From assembly GCF_009834535.1 (NCBI RefSeq), contig NC_045696.1, forward strand, positions 64,420,001 to 64,484,000: DNA of 64,000 nucleotides, given 5' to 3'. The translations under genes and the position numbers were made by a program. How positions within the stretch are numbered: position 1 is the first letter of the stretch; each line of letters begins with the position of its first letter. The notes under the pieces were generated by a model. The model was not told the origin of the DNA. It searched no databases and saw nothing but the letters and a program-made list of their open reading frames with translations. Positions 26,091-38,954 of the stretch are shown one piece after another. The stretch comes from Camelus ferus (lineage: Eukaryota).

Positions 26091-27927
26091 GGGAGGGCTG
26101 TCGTTGGAGAGGCGATGCCATGGGGAGACGGCTTGCCCACCCTGCAGGCAGGACACCTGGGCTCGCATCCTGACTCAGCCTCTCACTTGATGGTCACTCG
26201 CACCCAGGATGCTCTTCTCTAGATATCAGGCTTCCCCTTTGATAGGATAAAGGTACGAGGCTAGAATCTCTGAGATCTGTCCCAGCTCTTTGCTTCAAGT
26301 CTCCGTTCTTCTTTTCCTATCAAGAACTTCCATGGTGTCATAAGCAAAAATAAAACCATGTCACCCATTTCTGAAGATTTTTATTAACATTGAAAAATAA
26401 TCTTTAATTTATGAGAAATGTCTTTGGCTGAAAGTGTGTTTTTATGCACCTGGCTGACAGAGTTACATCATTTCTTTAAAAGTGCAGGCTTTGTCATCTT
26501 AAAGGAACAGTTTCCCTTTTCATGGATCAATGAACAAAGGAAGAAAGTTTTTTTTTTTTTTTTAAAAAGGCTTAAATAACATTTGGGAAGATTGGAGGTG
26601 CTATAGAATCAAGGAGTCCTTTTTGAATAACTAGAGCCTGGCTGATGATGACAATATGACAATGACCCTGACAATGACAATGACTATCACAGCAAACTAG
26701 GAAAGCATCTGTCCAGAAGAGATTCAGCTTGTCTCTGGGCACCGAGCCCATAGAAGCCACTAGGCTCTCTAGTTGGCTCTAGGTTCCTTTGGCTCCTACT
26801 TTAATTTACTTTGAAACATACCCTTGAGATTAGATATAGGAAGCATTATAAAATGAAGAAGGTCACTTTGTAGAACTGTGGACTCCATTTGCAAAATAAA
26901 ATAACAAAATGGAAAAACACTATCGTAGAAAATCTATTCTGCACTGTGCTAAAAAAAAAATCCTTTTACCCTTTAAGAGTTCATTAGAATGCAACAGTGC
27001 TCATTTCAAGCAATTAATATTTTGGCTATGAATAGGAAAATATGTGTGAATGGCCAGTCCAGTACAAACTAAAACATTTGCATAACATCAGCTCTTTCTT
27101 TGGTTGCATAATTAATCATCTGGGATTACCCATTTGTAAGCATAATTTTTCAGTGTCAGAAGAAATTATGTTTTACTTATTGAAACAGTCTAAATCATAA
27201 TTACAGCTATCATTTATTGAGCACCGACTAAGTACCAGGCATTATACATATATTAGTTGTTACGCTTACCATAGTATTGTAAAATGAATATATCTGTTTT
27301 CAGGATTTGGAAACTGAAGTTCAGACAGGGTGACCAACTCATCCAAGATGATAAGCACTTCAAAGCTGAGTATGACTGCAAATCTCATGTTCTTTTCAGA
27401 TTTTTCTTCTGAAAATAGGGACCCCATATGAACAGCTAATGTTTACTGTGTGCTCACCGTATGCCACTGGCCATACAATTTCACATGCATTGCTTCATTC
27501 AATTCACCAGTCATCGTTATGACATGTGGATACTAATATGTATTTGAGGTAATGAGAAAACTTTTTAAAGAAAGCATCTCGTCCAATATAGCACGACTAG
27601 AAAGCAATGGAATCTGGATTCAAGGTCTCAGTATCAGTTCATATTTTTCTCTACCTTTTTTTTTTAATTTACATGTAATAAAATTGACCTTCCTGGTGTA
27701 CACTTCCATGAATTCTAAAACGCGTATAGATTCCTGTAACCACCACCACAATCGGTATGCACAACAGTTCCGTCGCCCCTCACATTACTTCTTTGCAGCC
27801 ACGTCTGCCTCCCACACCAACCTCTGCACTTACTGATCTGGTCTCTGTCACTCCAGTCGTGTCTTTTGGAGAATGTAATATAAATGGAAACATGCAGCTT
27901 CTCACCTTTCAAGATGGCATCTTTCAG

Positions 27928-28053
27928 GGAGCAGGCGTGGCTCAGTGGTAAAGCACACGCCTAGCGTGCACAGGGTCCTGGGTTCAATCCCCCTTACTGT
28001 TATTAAAAATAAAGGAACCTAATTACCTCCCACTGCCCCCAGTTTTCCTTTTA
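27928..28053 (+). mobile_element. vic-1-type SINE with 14-bp TSD
   Basis: gtggctcagtggtaaagc (A box)...ggttcaatcc (B box)...aacctaattacctccc; TSD atgg(ca/tg)tctttcag at 27914-27927 and 28054-28067. Confidence 0.88.
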
Positions 28054-28811
28054 ATGGTGTCTTTCAGTCAGTATAATGCCTTTGAGCTTCCTTCATTTTG
28101 CTGCTTGCCCGTCTGTTCCTTTTTACTGCTGATACATGGATACACTGCATTTGGTTTATTCATTCAACTATTGGAAGAAATTTGGATTCTCTTCAGTTTG
28201 AGGTGGTTATACACATTTATGTACAGCTTTGTGTGAACATAAGTTTTCATCTCCTTAGGGTCAATGTTTGCTTAATTTTATAAGAAACTGCCAAACTGTT
28301 TTCCAGAATGACTGTATCATTTTTACCTTCTCTCCAGTAATTACAAGAGAGTTTCAGTTGCTCCACATCCTCATCAGGACTGGGTAGTGTTAGTTGTTGT
28401 TGTTTTTCTAAATTTTAAAAATTTTAGTCATTCTAGTAGGTGTGCAGGGGTACCTCATGGTGGCTTAATTTCCATTTTCCAACCTCTTCATGTGCTTATT
28501 TGTCATCAGTATTCCTCTCCAGCAAAGAGTCTGTTCAAATTTTTTGCCCATTTTTTAAATTGAGTCATTTGTTTTGTTACAATTGAGTTTTAAGAGTTCT
28601 TTATAGAGTCCAAATAAAAGTCAGAAATAGGGTTTACAAATATTTTCATTCATTCACTTGTCTTCCATTATCTTAATAGTTTTTATTTTTGATGAAGTCA
28701 AAATAAATATGTTTTTAATTTTGATTAAATTCTATTTATCTAATGTATCGATTTGTGTGTGTGTGTGTGTGGAGTAGGCTTTTGGTGTCATGTTTAAGAA
28801 CTCTCTGACTA

Positions 28812-29060
28812 AAGGGGCGGGGGCAGGAGCAGAAAGAGGGAGAAAGAGTGGAAAATGCTACAGTCTGGCTTTGAGGATGGAGGAAGGGGTCACGAGCCAA
28901 GCAATCCTCTAGAAGCTGGAAAAGGCACTGAAACAGTTTCACCCCTAGACCTTCCAAAAGGACTGCATCCTGCTGACATCTTGATTTCAGCCCAAACTCA
29001 GACTTCTGACTTCCAGAAATGTAAGATAACACATTTCCATTATTTTCAACTGCAAAATAG
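28812..29060 (+). mobile_element. MLT1 (D-like) LTR fragment
   Basis: ggctttgaggatggaggaaggggtcacgagccaag...ctagaagctggaaaaggc...cctgctgacatcttgattt...tgtaagataa. Confidence 0.8.
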
Positions 29061-29699
29061 GACTCTACCCAGCTCCAGATCAAAATATATATATATATAT
29101 ATATAATCTCCAATGACTTCTGCTGAAGTTCTATAGTTTTATGTTTTACATTTAGCTCTATGATTCATTTTGAGGTTTTTTTTTTTTTGTATAAGGTATG
29201 AAGTTTAGGTCAAAATTCCTGTTTTTGCTTAGGGATGTCCAATTGTTCCACCCTCATTTGTTGAAACCACCATTCTTTCTTCACTGAATTGCCTTTGGAA
29301 CTTCGGCAAAATCAATTGGCCATATTTGTGTGGGTAAAGTTTCTAGGCTCTCTGTTCTGTTCCATTGATCAATGTGTCTGCTGTATCACCAATACCACAC
29401 TGTCCTGATTACTGGAGTTTTATATTAATTCTTAAAGTCTGGAGCTGTGTGTGATTCTTCAACCAGTTCCCATTCTGAGCCAACAAACTGCATGGCACAG
29501 GTGGGTCAGCCTTAGTGCCCTCTTTTCCTTTGCTACCAGAAAGGTGTTAATAACATTTAGGGGGGGCTGTGTACAAAGGGGCAGAAAAGTAATGTATCAG
29601 GCCTACTTTCCAGCTCGAGAGAGAGAAGAAAGGCTGTCTTTTACAGCTTTTCCTCTGCCTGAACCACCTGGAAATGCCTGCTAAACACATTTACTATGT

Positions 29700-30245
29700 A
29701 AAATACATTCATGCTATATATCTATTGAGCATCGAGCACGCTGTGTTGGGCACCATTATAGGTTCTGAGGAAGCACAGAAGAACAGGACAAACATGATTC
29801 TTCTTCATGTGAGGTTTATGCCATATGGCAAACAAATAACAACTAGACGCAAGAACGAGATGGGATGGCTATTCTCCAGAGAACCGGACTTGGGTCACGT
29901 GTCAAAGAGTGACTCAGGGATCTTAGACTGCACGGCCAGGGAGTGCCTCTCTGAAGAGAGCTGGATGACAAGAAGAAATCTTGGATGGGTGAACATCAAG
30001 GGAAAGAGTATTCTGAACTGTTAGTCTGAAGAGATTTAGATGAAAACAAGCTTGATGCATCTGAGAGACAAAAAAGAAAGATTGTGTAGTTAGAAAGGAG
30101 CGAGCCAGGAAGAGAGGTAAGAAATAAGGGCTGAGAGGTAACAGGGACAGGTTGAAGAAGGGTTTTGTAATCAAGACAGGAAGCTGCGTTTAATAAGTGC
30201 CTTGGAAAGCCATTAGAGAGTTTAAACCAAGACAGGTCACGTGGC
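29700..30245 (-). mobile_element. L2 remnant
   Basis: tattgagcatcgagcacgctgtgttgggcacc...ggaaagccattagagagtttaaacca. Confidence 0.65.
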
Positions 30246-31197
30246 CAAAGGCCACGGGCTCCCAGACGAACAAATGGGGAGAGGGAATAAAATGAATCTC
30301 CCCAATTCCTATCCCCGTGGAAACAAGTCCCTTGCTCACATTAAGCTGTTCTCTGCGCACAGGTGAGGTAAGTGAGATTCTTAAGAAGCCAAGTCCAGGG
30401 CTTCAGTCCTCATAATTTGCACATCACCTCTTCCTAGCCTAGACTCCAACTGGATTGAGAGGAGAGGGGAGAAGTCATTCTCAGTCTCTTGCTGAGCTGA
30501 TGATGTGCTGAGGACCCAATGCAGAGGAGGTTGGGCCCTGAGTCAGGGACAGGCGCCTGCCGCATCACAGCCCCATAAGAAGTAGAAACAGAGAGCCCTG
30601 TTCGCAGGTAGAACAAGTTGTTTCATCACAGCTACCACCTTGTGGTTTCCAATCTTCATAAACAGCAAATTAAAGGAAATTGGCTAAGACTGCACTATAA
30701 AAAATAAAAGTTCTGCATGGAAGGATTTTCCAACTATGAGAAGTTACAAGCCCCGGATTGAATTTCTGAGCAGAGGTGTGTGTAGAGTCTCCAGGAGACT
30801 GTATCCATTCTGTTTATTTAAACTCCACTTTGGATAAGTAACCACCTCTGGGGAAACATAAACACAGCACCTCTTCCCCAATGTAGAGTCACAATTCCAC
30901 AACTGTGTCATCTCTTCTATCATCAGGGTGTAAATATAATTTTTATGGAGTTATAATCCATATGATGCTTGCTTCCCAGTGCTCTGGTTTCCGCTTAACA
31001 TTATTTCACATACATTTCTCCATGTAGCAACACAATCTAAATACTTGTGATTTTGCAGCACTGCACAGTGATACAGTAGATAAAAATAGCTCCTACTCAC
31101 AAAGTAATTACTTTATGTCAGGCACAGTTCTAAGCACTTCACCTGTTTTTACTCACTTAATGTTTCTTCCCTATAATCCGCCAAAGTGGGTACCATC

Positions 31198-31690
31198 TGT
31201 CTTAGTCTGGCTTCAAAAGAAAGAGAGCCTGAAGCCAAGGGTTCCATGGACTACTTTATTCAAGGTGTAATCCCAAGGGAGCAGGGGTGCGGGGGAAGTG
31301 AAATGAGGCACAGAAGGGGGAAGAGTCAATCTGAAGGTGCGTTACCAAGCTGGTTACCATCATAAGTGATGGATTGCTCCATCTCACAAGGCTGTCCTCC
31401 CATGAGACCACCCTGCAAAAAGCTGCATCAACTGTGTCTCAGGTAGTCGTACAAGGGGAGAAAGGAGAAACTGTTTATGCACAGGTCCTAGCTGCCCCAT
31501 GAGACTTTATCCACGCACACTTCTGGGTTGGCACATATCACACCTGAGTCTCAGCAGGGAAGCCTCAGGATAGGTGACAAGAGGCAGGCATGAGGGCTCA
31601 AGGCTAGGCGCTCTGTCGTTTGCCTGCACAAAGTCACGGAGTCAGTCAGAGCCCACATAAACCCGCTGTGGCAGCAACGAGGAATACACA
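31198..31690. mobile_element. Old ERVL-class LTR inserted into a MIR (MIR halves at ~31085-31197 and ~31700-31820)
   Basis: Starts tgtcttagtctggctt...agagcctgaagccaagg...tttattcaaggtgtaatccca; MIR sequence resumes after it. Family uncertain. Confidence 0.55.
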
Positions 31691-33055
31691 AGAGATTCTC
31701 TTATTGCACTGGTTTGGCTGATGGAACCGAGATTAAGTTCCTGCCCTAAACCACTCAGCCAGTAACTGCTGGAGACAAGATTTGAACCCAGAAAACCAGG
31801 CTCTTTTAACAATATGCTTAACTAGCTCTTTGATTTAAGGAGATCTGGGTTGTATTTCACTTTTCACTGAAATGCTTCAGAGCATGATAGAAAGCTTTTT
31901 GGACAGGAACCTTAGATTCTGACCCTGGCTCAGAACCTTGGAAAATCATTTCTCTACCGGTCTCCCTTTGCTCGTGTGATTTTGAAAGAGCTCAGACTAC
32001 ATGACCTTAGAAGTCTCAAACTCTGAATCACACTCTTCTAAAAAGTCTTTGAACAAATATATTCTTTTTCTAAAATTTACAAGTCCTTAGAATATAAATT
32101 CAGAAATTAGACTATTGAGTCACAGGGGGAGGACCGTCTTTATGACTCATGGTTTAAATTAGCAGATTGTCTTTGAAAAGACTCTTCCTAATTTAATGTA
32201 TTTGCTATATCTTGTATGACTGTGTCTCTTTCCTTACCTGATCATCATTGGGAGAAAAAAATAAAATTATATATGTAAAATATTTAATTTTGGATGACTC
32301 AGGAGATATGAAATAATGTCACGAGATTGCTTTGTTTTCTATTTCTTTCGTGAGTAAGCCAAACATCTCTCCAAGTGTTTTTCATGTGATTTCCTCTGGT
32401 GTTAGTTTACTTTGAGCAAGTCATTTCCCCTCTCTGGGGGAATCAGCTACATAATCTTTCAAATGAAAAGGTTGAGTGAGATCTCTAAGGTTGAGAATTA
32501 AGTGAGACAGCACCTTCTGAAGCTCTACCTCAATTCTTTAAATAAATAAGTGAAAGTGATTCCATCTTCAGCATGTCTATGAGTGTACACACCAGGAAGC
32601 GTGTTCCTTGACCAGAGACACTAGGACATGCCTTGGTCACCCAGATCTCTTCTTTCTGAATGGTTCTTATTTTAGTCCTTTGAGAGATGAACTTAAATGA
32701 CCAGCATGGTGGTTTTTTCCCTCCCAAATCCAGTTTGTAATATTATTGTATGATGAGAACATGTATCTAATGCTTTTCCCAAAGTTATCTATCTCCATTG
32801 TCTCGCCCTTCTAGTTTTTCTCTAAGCCTAGAGCTTCTTGACACATTTGTTCTGAATTTGTGGTGACCTGCTTATTCCAAGTTTTATTCTTTTAGCAGCT
32901 GAGATTAAAATGGTCAAAATAATGAAGTCATCATTGTCAGTCTTTGGAGATTTAGATAAAATAGGACAGCATTCTCAGACACTAGGGAAGTTAGGGGCCT
33001 GGGGCATTGAGAATCTCCCTGCAAATCATCATGTTTCTATCTTGGAACAGAGTTT

Positions 33056-33079
33056 AAAAAAAAAAAAAAAAAAAAAAAA
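33056..33079. repeat. Poly(A) tract, 24 nt
   Basis: Uninterrupted A run. Confidence 0.95.
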
Positions 33080-33516
33080 GGCAGAGGCTGGTTCTTGGAA
33101 TGCCCTAGCCTCTTTTTTTCTAAGCCTCTTCCTCCATTCCACAGTGCTCTCCCGTTCACTTTTCTCTCCCGTGAAAATCTGTCTTCAGAACGAGACCGGA
33201 AGGCAGGAGAGATGGGTTCAAGCCCAGTTCTGGCACTTTATAGCCCTGTGGATTTTAGTACATACCTTCTGTCCTTTGAAGGTCAATTTCTTCATCTGTT
33301 CCCATGATTACAGTCTCTTTCATTGATTATTCATGGTTTCCACTAATTAGTATGTAAGATTCTTGAGTTAGAGGCAATGCCTCATTTACCTCTGTGCCCC
33401 TGACAAAGGCCCACTATGGAATTTGGCATAGAAAGGTGCTCTCTCTCTGTTTATACTGAATTCTTATAAATCTCTCCTTGACCCTGAGGGTGTCATCCTC
33501 TCTAAGGTTTGCCAGG

Positions 33517-33974
33517 TGGATTCGTTTCCTAGAGCTACTATAATAAACTAACACACACTTGGTGGCTTAAAACAACAGAAATGTATTCTCTTATGATTCT
33601 GGGGCTAGAAGTCCAAAATCAAGGTGTCCACAGGGCTATGCTCTCTGAAAGCTCTAAGCAAGGATCATTCCTTGCCTCTTCCTCGTTACTGAAAGTTGCT
33701 GACAATCCTTGATGTTCCGTGGCATGCAACCACATCACTTTAATCTCTACTTTCATCATTACATGGCCTTCCTCCCTCTGTGTCTGTCATTTCATGTCTC
33801 CAAATCACTCTTGTCCTTGTAAGGGCACCAGTCATTGTATTTAGGGGACAATCTAATCCATTATGACCTCATCTTAACTTGATCACATCTACAAAGATCT
33901 TATTCCAAATCAGGCCACAATCATGGATCCCAGAGGGAGGTGAATTTTGGAGGACCACTGTTCAACCCAGCACC
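33517..33974 (-). mobile_element. Near-full-length MLT1 (C-like) solo LTR
   Basis: gtttcctagagctacta...ggtggcttaaaacaacagaaatgtattctc...actgttcaacccagcac; probable 5-bp TSD ccagg/ccaga. Confidence 0.88.
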
Positions 33975-35089
33975 CCAGAACACCTCTCTATCCTTACTCT
34001 TTCCACCCCATAGCTTTGGACCTTATCTCCTGCCCTCTGCCCTCATCGTGAAGAGCCCTTCCTCCGAACGATCCTTCTCACTGGAGTCATGATGATCATA
34101 CTCATTGTTCTCCTTGACAATTAGTTCTCCTCCTTCAATCTGTGTTCCACCAAAGTCTGCTGTCAGACTAACCTCATAAAAAGGACAGTTTGGTTATTTT
34201 CACTCCCCTGCTCAAAATCTTTTTGATGGCTTCCATTGCTATAGCAGAGGAGCCACACTTCCTCAGAAGGACCTTCACAGACTTTTCCACCGATGCCAAC
34301 TCTCCTGTCCAGTCACACCAACACAGCACTCCTCCACGCAAAACTGGAAGTGGCCTTTAATTCTATCATCTGCCCTTTTCCTCCTTCATCATGTCTTTCT
34401 CTCCATCTGAAAGCCATTCTCTTGATCACAGCATGTATTTTTTCCACCACTCCTGAAAAGCTGCTTCTTTTTCAAAGTCTACAAAGGTCCCCACCTCACA
34501 CCAAACCAGAATAGTCACCCCTGCTCCAAACTCCCCTAATATTTTGTACTTCACTGGACAATTTTCATCCTCACATTATTTGTGATCGTGCTACTTCTCT
34601 TTTGACTAAAACACAAGCTCTTAGGAGCAGGGTCCCTTGCTCATTCCCTCAGTGTCTGGATCTTATGAGAAGACAGTATATTTTGAAAAGAGGAAGGAAA
34701 GGTGCTAAAGTAATAATTTTCAGAAGGTGCTTTAGGGGGCATGCAAATATTTTGTGTTTCATTAACAGTCAAACTGATAAAAAAAATTCAAATGTCATCT
34801 TTACTCTTAATTTCAAATTTTCATGTTTATAAAAATAGCTCACTTCTTTATACTAAGGAAGTGCTATGCATTTGATATTACCAAGTACATTAACATTCAT
34901 AAAATGTGTTTCTATCACACAAGTAGGTTCTGGGTACAATTTTATTGCATTTAAAAAAATTATGAAAACCAGGATAGCAGTGGGGTCATGTGTTGCTCTC
35001 AGTAGATGAAGTATTTGCATTTCCTCTTAGACCCTCTTAATCCCAGGAGCCATAATGATGGTTGAGATTTTTTAACCCTCTGTGTGAGA

Positions 35090-35325
35090 TTAAAGGAGAG
35101 GAATGCTTTAAGGCCAGAGCAGAAAAGTAATGGACTTTGGAGTCCCAAAGACTGTGACAAATCTTTGCCATTTATTAACTGTGTGATTTGAGGGAAACTA
35201 TTTAATGTCTCCAAACTCGTGTTTTTTTCCCTATTGACATAGAAATGAGCTCTAACTCATAGGATTGTTGAGAGGATTAAATAATATACTAAAATGAGTA
35301 ACATATGAGACACTTAATAAATGTG
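35090..35325 (+). mobile_element. MIR
   Basis: ggactttggagtcccaaagac...taactgtgtgatttgagg...cataggattgttgagaggattaaat. Confidence 0.75.
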
Positions 35326-35363
35326 TAATCCTCAATTACAAGGGTTAGTAGTGGTGAGAGTTG

Positions 35364-35365
<2 letters not shown>

Positions 35366-35414
<49 letters not shown>
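35366..35414. repeat. (GT)n microsatellite, ~24 units
   Basis: Perfect GT run. Confidence 0.97.
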
Positions 35415-35416
<2 letters not shown>

Positions 35417-35898
35417 TGTGTTTCCCCCTTGCCTGGTAAAATGAACCAGTAATTCTAACAGCAGCTGAGAAAGTGGATGAGGAGGGCCTTAACCTCTAAA
35501 TTGCCCCGAGGGAGAGTTAGCTAATGAAAAGCCACAAGAGTGAATTATCTGCTGACTACACTCTTTTGCTGAGGTACAAAATTACTTTTGTATAGATACC
35601 CAGTTTGCTAACTATCTTTTAAAAATCAAATGAGAGCTCTTCCTAAAGTCCTGGTAGTGACCAAGAAAAACGTATTAAAGGAAAAGGATCAGATTTTACC
35701 CAAAGATCAAGAAGAACTCATTTGGAAATAAAAGAAGGACTTGAATACATAATGTCCGATATGACTCCTGGAGTAGGTAAAGTATTTTCTTGATGTCGTC
35801 CCCTTCTTTAAGATTTGAGTGGGAAAAAAGGAAGAGATAACTCTCAGAAATAGAAAAGCCCACTTCCTGAATTACTTTGGAGCTTTAGAAGGTAACCA

Positions 35899-36238
35899 GT
35901 GACTGATTTCTTGCTGACAGTCCTTGGTGTTGCTTGGCATGCAACCACATCACTTTCATCTCTGCCTTCATGGTTACATGACCTTCTTGCCTCTGTGTGT
36001 CTGTCTTTCACGTCTCCAAATCTCTCTTGTCCTTGTAAAGGCACCAGTCATTGGATTTAAGGCCCAGCCTAATCCAGTGTGACCTCATCTCAGCTTGATT
36101 ACATCTACAAAGACCTTATTCCAAATCAGGCCACAATCGTGGATCCCAGGGGGAGGTGAATTTTGAAGGAACACTGTTCAACCCAGCATCTCAGCACATC
36201 TCTCTATCCTACTCCTCCCATTCCATAGCTTTGGACCT
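35899..36238. repeat. Direct duplicate of 33685-34023 (part of the MLT1 LTR plus its unique flank)
   Basis: Colinear similarity that includes the non-LTR flank ctctctatcc...catagctttggacct. Confidence 0.9.
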
Positions 36239-37342
36239 GAGTAGCTGGGCTTCAAATTCTCCTTTTCTCCTTCCATGAGGCTGCCCTTCTCTACCCTTTT
36301 ATGGACACCTGTGTGTGTGGTTATAGGACGCAAGAGTCTGTGTAAGTATGCTCTGCTCTTTTGTGTATAGGTTTGACTCATTAGTCCTCGAGGCTCTCAC
36401 CCACACAGCCAGCAACATCCAAGTACTTTCACTTTTGTGACCAGAGAATCTGGGGAAGCATTCATGCCCTTCTATTAGGGCTTTTCAGGAACCCTCTTCC
36501 TGTTATGTGCACCTTTCTAACAGTAAGTTCTCAGACCTAGAGTCTTTTTTATCTCCATTGCCTTAGACCTCAAAGAACTTAACCTACTGTCTCTTTCTAA
36601 AGCTCAACACCACTTCCCACTCTACCCCTTGGACAAGTCACCAGAGCTCTAATTTTAAATGTTTTACTATCAACCAGAATAGAGCACAGATATTAGCTAA
36701 CAGAAATTACATGGGAAAGATGGAAAGTTTCTAGCATCTTACAAAGTGTGTAGAGCCAGTGTCCAGAGCTAGTGTTGATTTCTAACTCTTTGCTTTCCAT
36801 CCTTTGCTTTCATTATTCCAGGAAAGCATGATCCAAAGTGTGATCCCCCGTGGGGAAGTTCCCCTGCCACACTTGCACGCACGCTCACACACATGAAGAA
36901 GCAATCAAGACAAAATAGATGTTCCTGGCTCTCATGAGTTTAACTTTTGTTTCTGAAAACTCTAAACTTTTCTTAGGAATTGTTGACACAGGGCATACTC
37001 AGTGCTGTGAAGGGGACAGGAATGAAATAATTAGGGGGTCAGATTGTAAGAAGGGACTTTATTTGGCTCATTCTTATACCCCGGTCTCTTAGCATCCTGC
37101 CAACCCCACCAGCAAGTTTGATTTGGAATCAAGCCAGCCGCTCCCTGGTGGTTCTTAAGCTGCCTAGTTTGGTGTCTCTGAGAGGTTTGCTGCTTTTCTT
37201 TCACCTTCAAACTGCCAGAGGCAACTCAGATCACCAGCTCTTCCCTGTCCACAAACTCTAGTCAAAGATAAGGAATTTAAAATCCTGTCTTTATATTCAA
37301 ATAAACACATGTATATTGCAAATAGAAAGCAAAGTTCTTATT

Positions 37343-37422
37343 TTGGGTTGACCCTTATGCAATTGTCAATATTCAACCATGTTTGGCCTCTAACGATGGC
37401 AACTGCATATGGTTTAACCTGA
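37343..37422. mobile_element. MADE2 mariner-derived MITE (80 bp)
   Basis: ttgggttgacccttatgcaattgtc...ggcaactgcatatggtttaacctga: long imperfect terminal inverted repeats, followed by TA. Confidence 0.85.
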
Positions 37423-38954
37423 TACCTTTTAAAGGTAACAGAAATGTTTTTCTTTGGGCTTCATCCCCAGGCCTAGGAATGAAACTTTTCTTTCCACTGA
37501 CATTAGGGATATATCAAATAAAAGTCTGAAAAGTGGCACTTTGCTCAATAAAATTTATTTGGTGGTTTTTGGAATATTCAGTGGTGGTAGGAATAATTGG
37601 CTCTAACTCAGAAATGGCTCTCTTTCCAGCTAATTAGTGCTGGATTCTCAGCTTCTTTAGAGTCCTTCTATCTCACCTGACCCTAACATTTTCCCCTTTT
37701 CTTTTTAATCGATCTTGTTCATATAGATGTGTTCAGCTTCTCTCATTTTCCCCCATAACCCAAAGCCTAAGAACTGATGAAATGGACACAAATCCACACC
37801 ATATCCCATGTGTCTCCAGGTGAATCTCTCTCTACACTTTCTCCCGTGAGTGAGGCAAGCATAGTATTTTCTTAGGGGACTAGGAGAAGAAGCTGGGCTG
37901 GAGAAAATAAAATGTAGTTATGACAAGTTGATGGGGCAGACTGATGGACATCTAGAAAATCTTCACATATTATCTGATTCTACTTCTCATATTCACTGAA
38001 GTTTAAATTATGTGATCAGAAATCCATTACTCCCCTCTTTCAACCTCTCTCTCTCTTTTTTTCATGTGTAAAATGTAAGGATTTAACTGAAGGAGATAAT
38101 ACTTCTGGGTGTGTGTTAAAGTCATACTGAGATTCTACAACCAAAGAGCATTCATACATGGTAATAAAACTAAGAGCAAGGTAAAAATACATAAGCTAGG
38201 CTCACTATCAACAGGGGACATCAGTTGTTGTCGTTGGTGGTGAGGTCAACACATTTTTTTCCATATTCTGCTACATACTTGCTTTATGGGTCTAGGTTTC
38301 CAGCTGTTTTACAAAGATTAATAACCCATAATATTTGATAAATGCAAAAGCAAGGAAAGTATTGAGAGTGCTAATAAGAAAAGGCACATGATAATTATAT
38401 AAATAAGGTAGGGTATATTAAAAATTTTAAGTGGCATGATTCACTAGACTGCAGGAAATTTTCTGAAGACAAAGAGCTATTCAAGAAGCAAGTGCAAGGA
38501 TCTGTCTCTGCCTTGGCAATCAGCGATAATCATTAAGAGCAACAGAAAGGTGACTGATGAACCTGAGTACCACTTGAGTGTGCAATATTAGCAGCGATGT
38601 GTTCATTCAGGACAGAGAAGGCTATGAGCTCACTAAAGAGTTTAAAGGCAAAGAAGCATACCCTTGCTGATGAGATTTGTCACAAGCTATGAAGTATGTG
38701 GGTTGAAGGACCTCAGTAAAGAAAGAGGGAGTGTAGGCATAGAAACTACTAAAGAATTCCCCATACTTCAGAGGAGTTATCAAGGAGGGAGGTTGCCTGA
38801 CTCAACAGATATCCAGCATATGAAATAAATTGGTTATTTTTAGAAAAGATGTTGGAGGACTAAGGTATAGCTATAAGAAGAAGTGAACACTTGTTTTAAA
38901 CTTTGAAGATCACACTTAAATTCTAGGTGGTGGAAATGAGGATGTGAATGATAA

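Larger units (their letters stand above)
27655..29462 (-). mobile_element. L1MB-type element with nested SINE, MLT1 fragment and microsatellites
   Basis: Antisense L1 motifs: tgtaaccaccaccacaatc, gaaactgccaaactgttttcca, gttgctccacatcctcatca, gatgtccaattgttcca, ccaataccacactgtc. Confidence 0.9.

Noticed and set aside
26643..26686. Short (TGACAA)n-like repeat
   Set aside because: Simple slippage repeat with no further structure.
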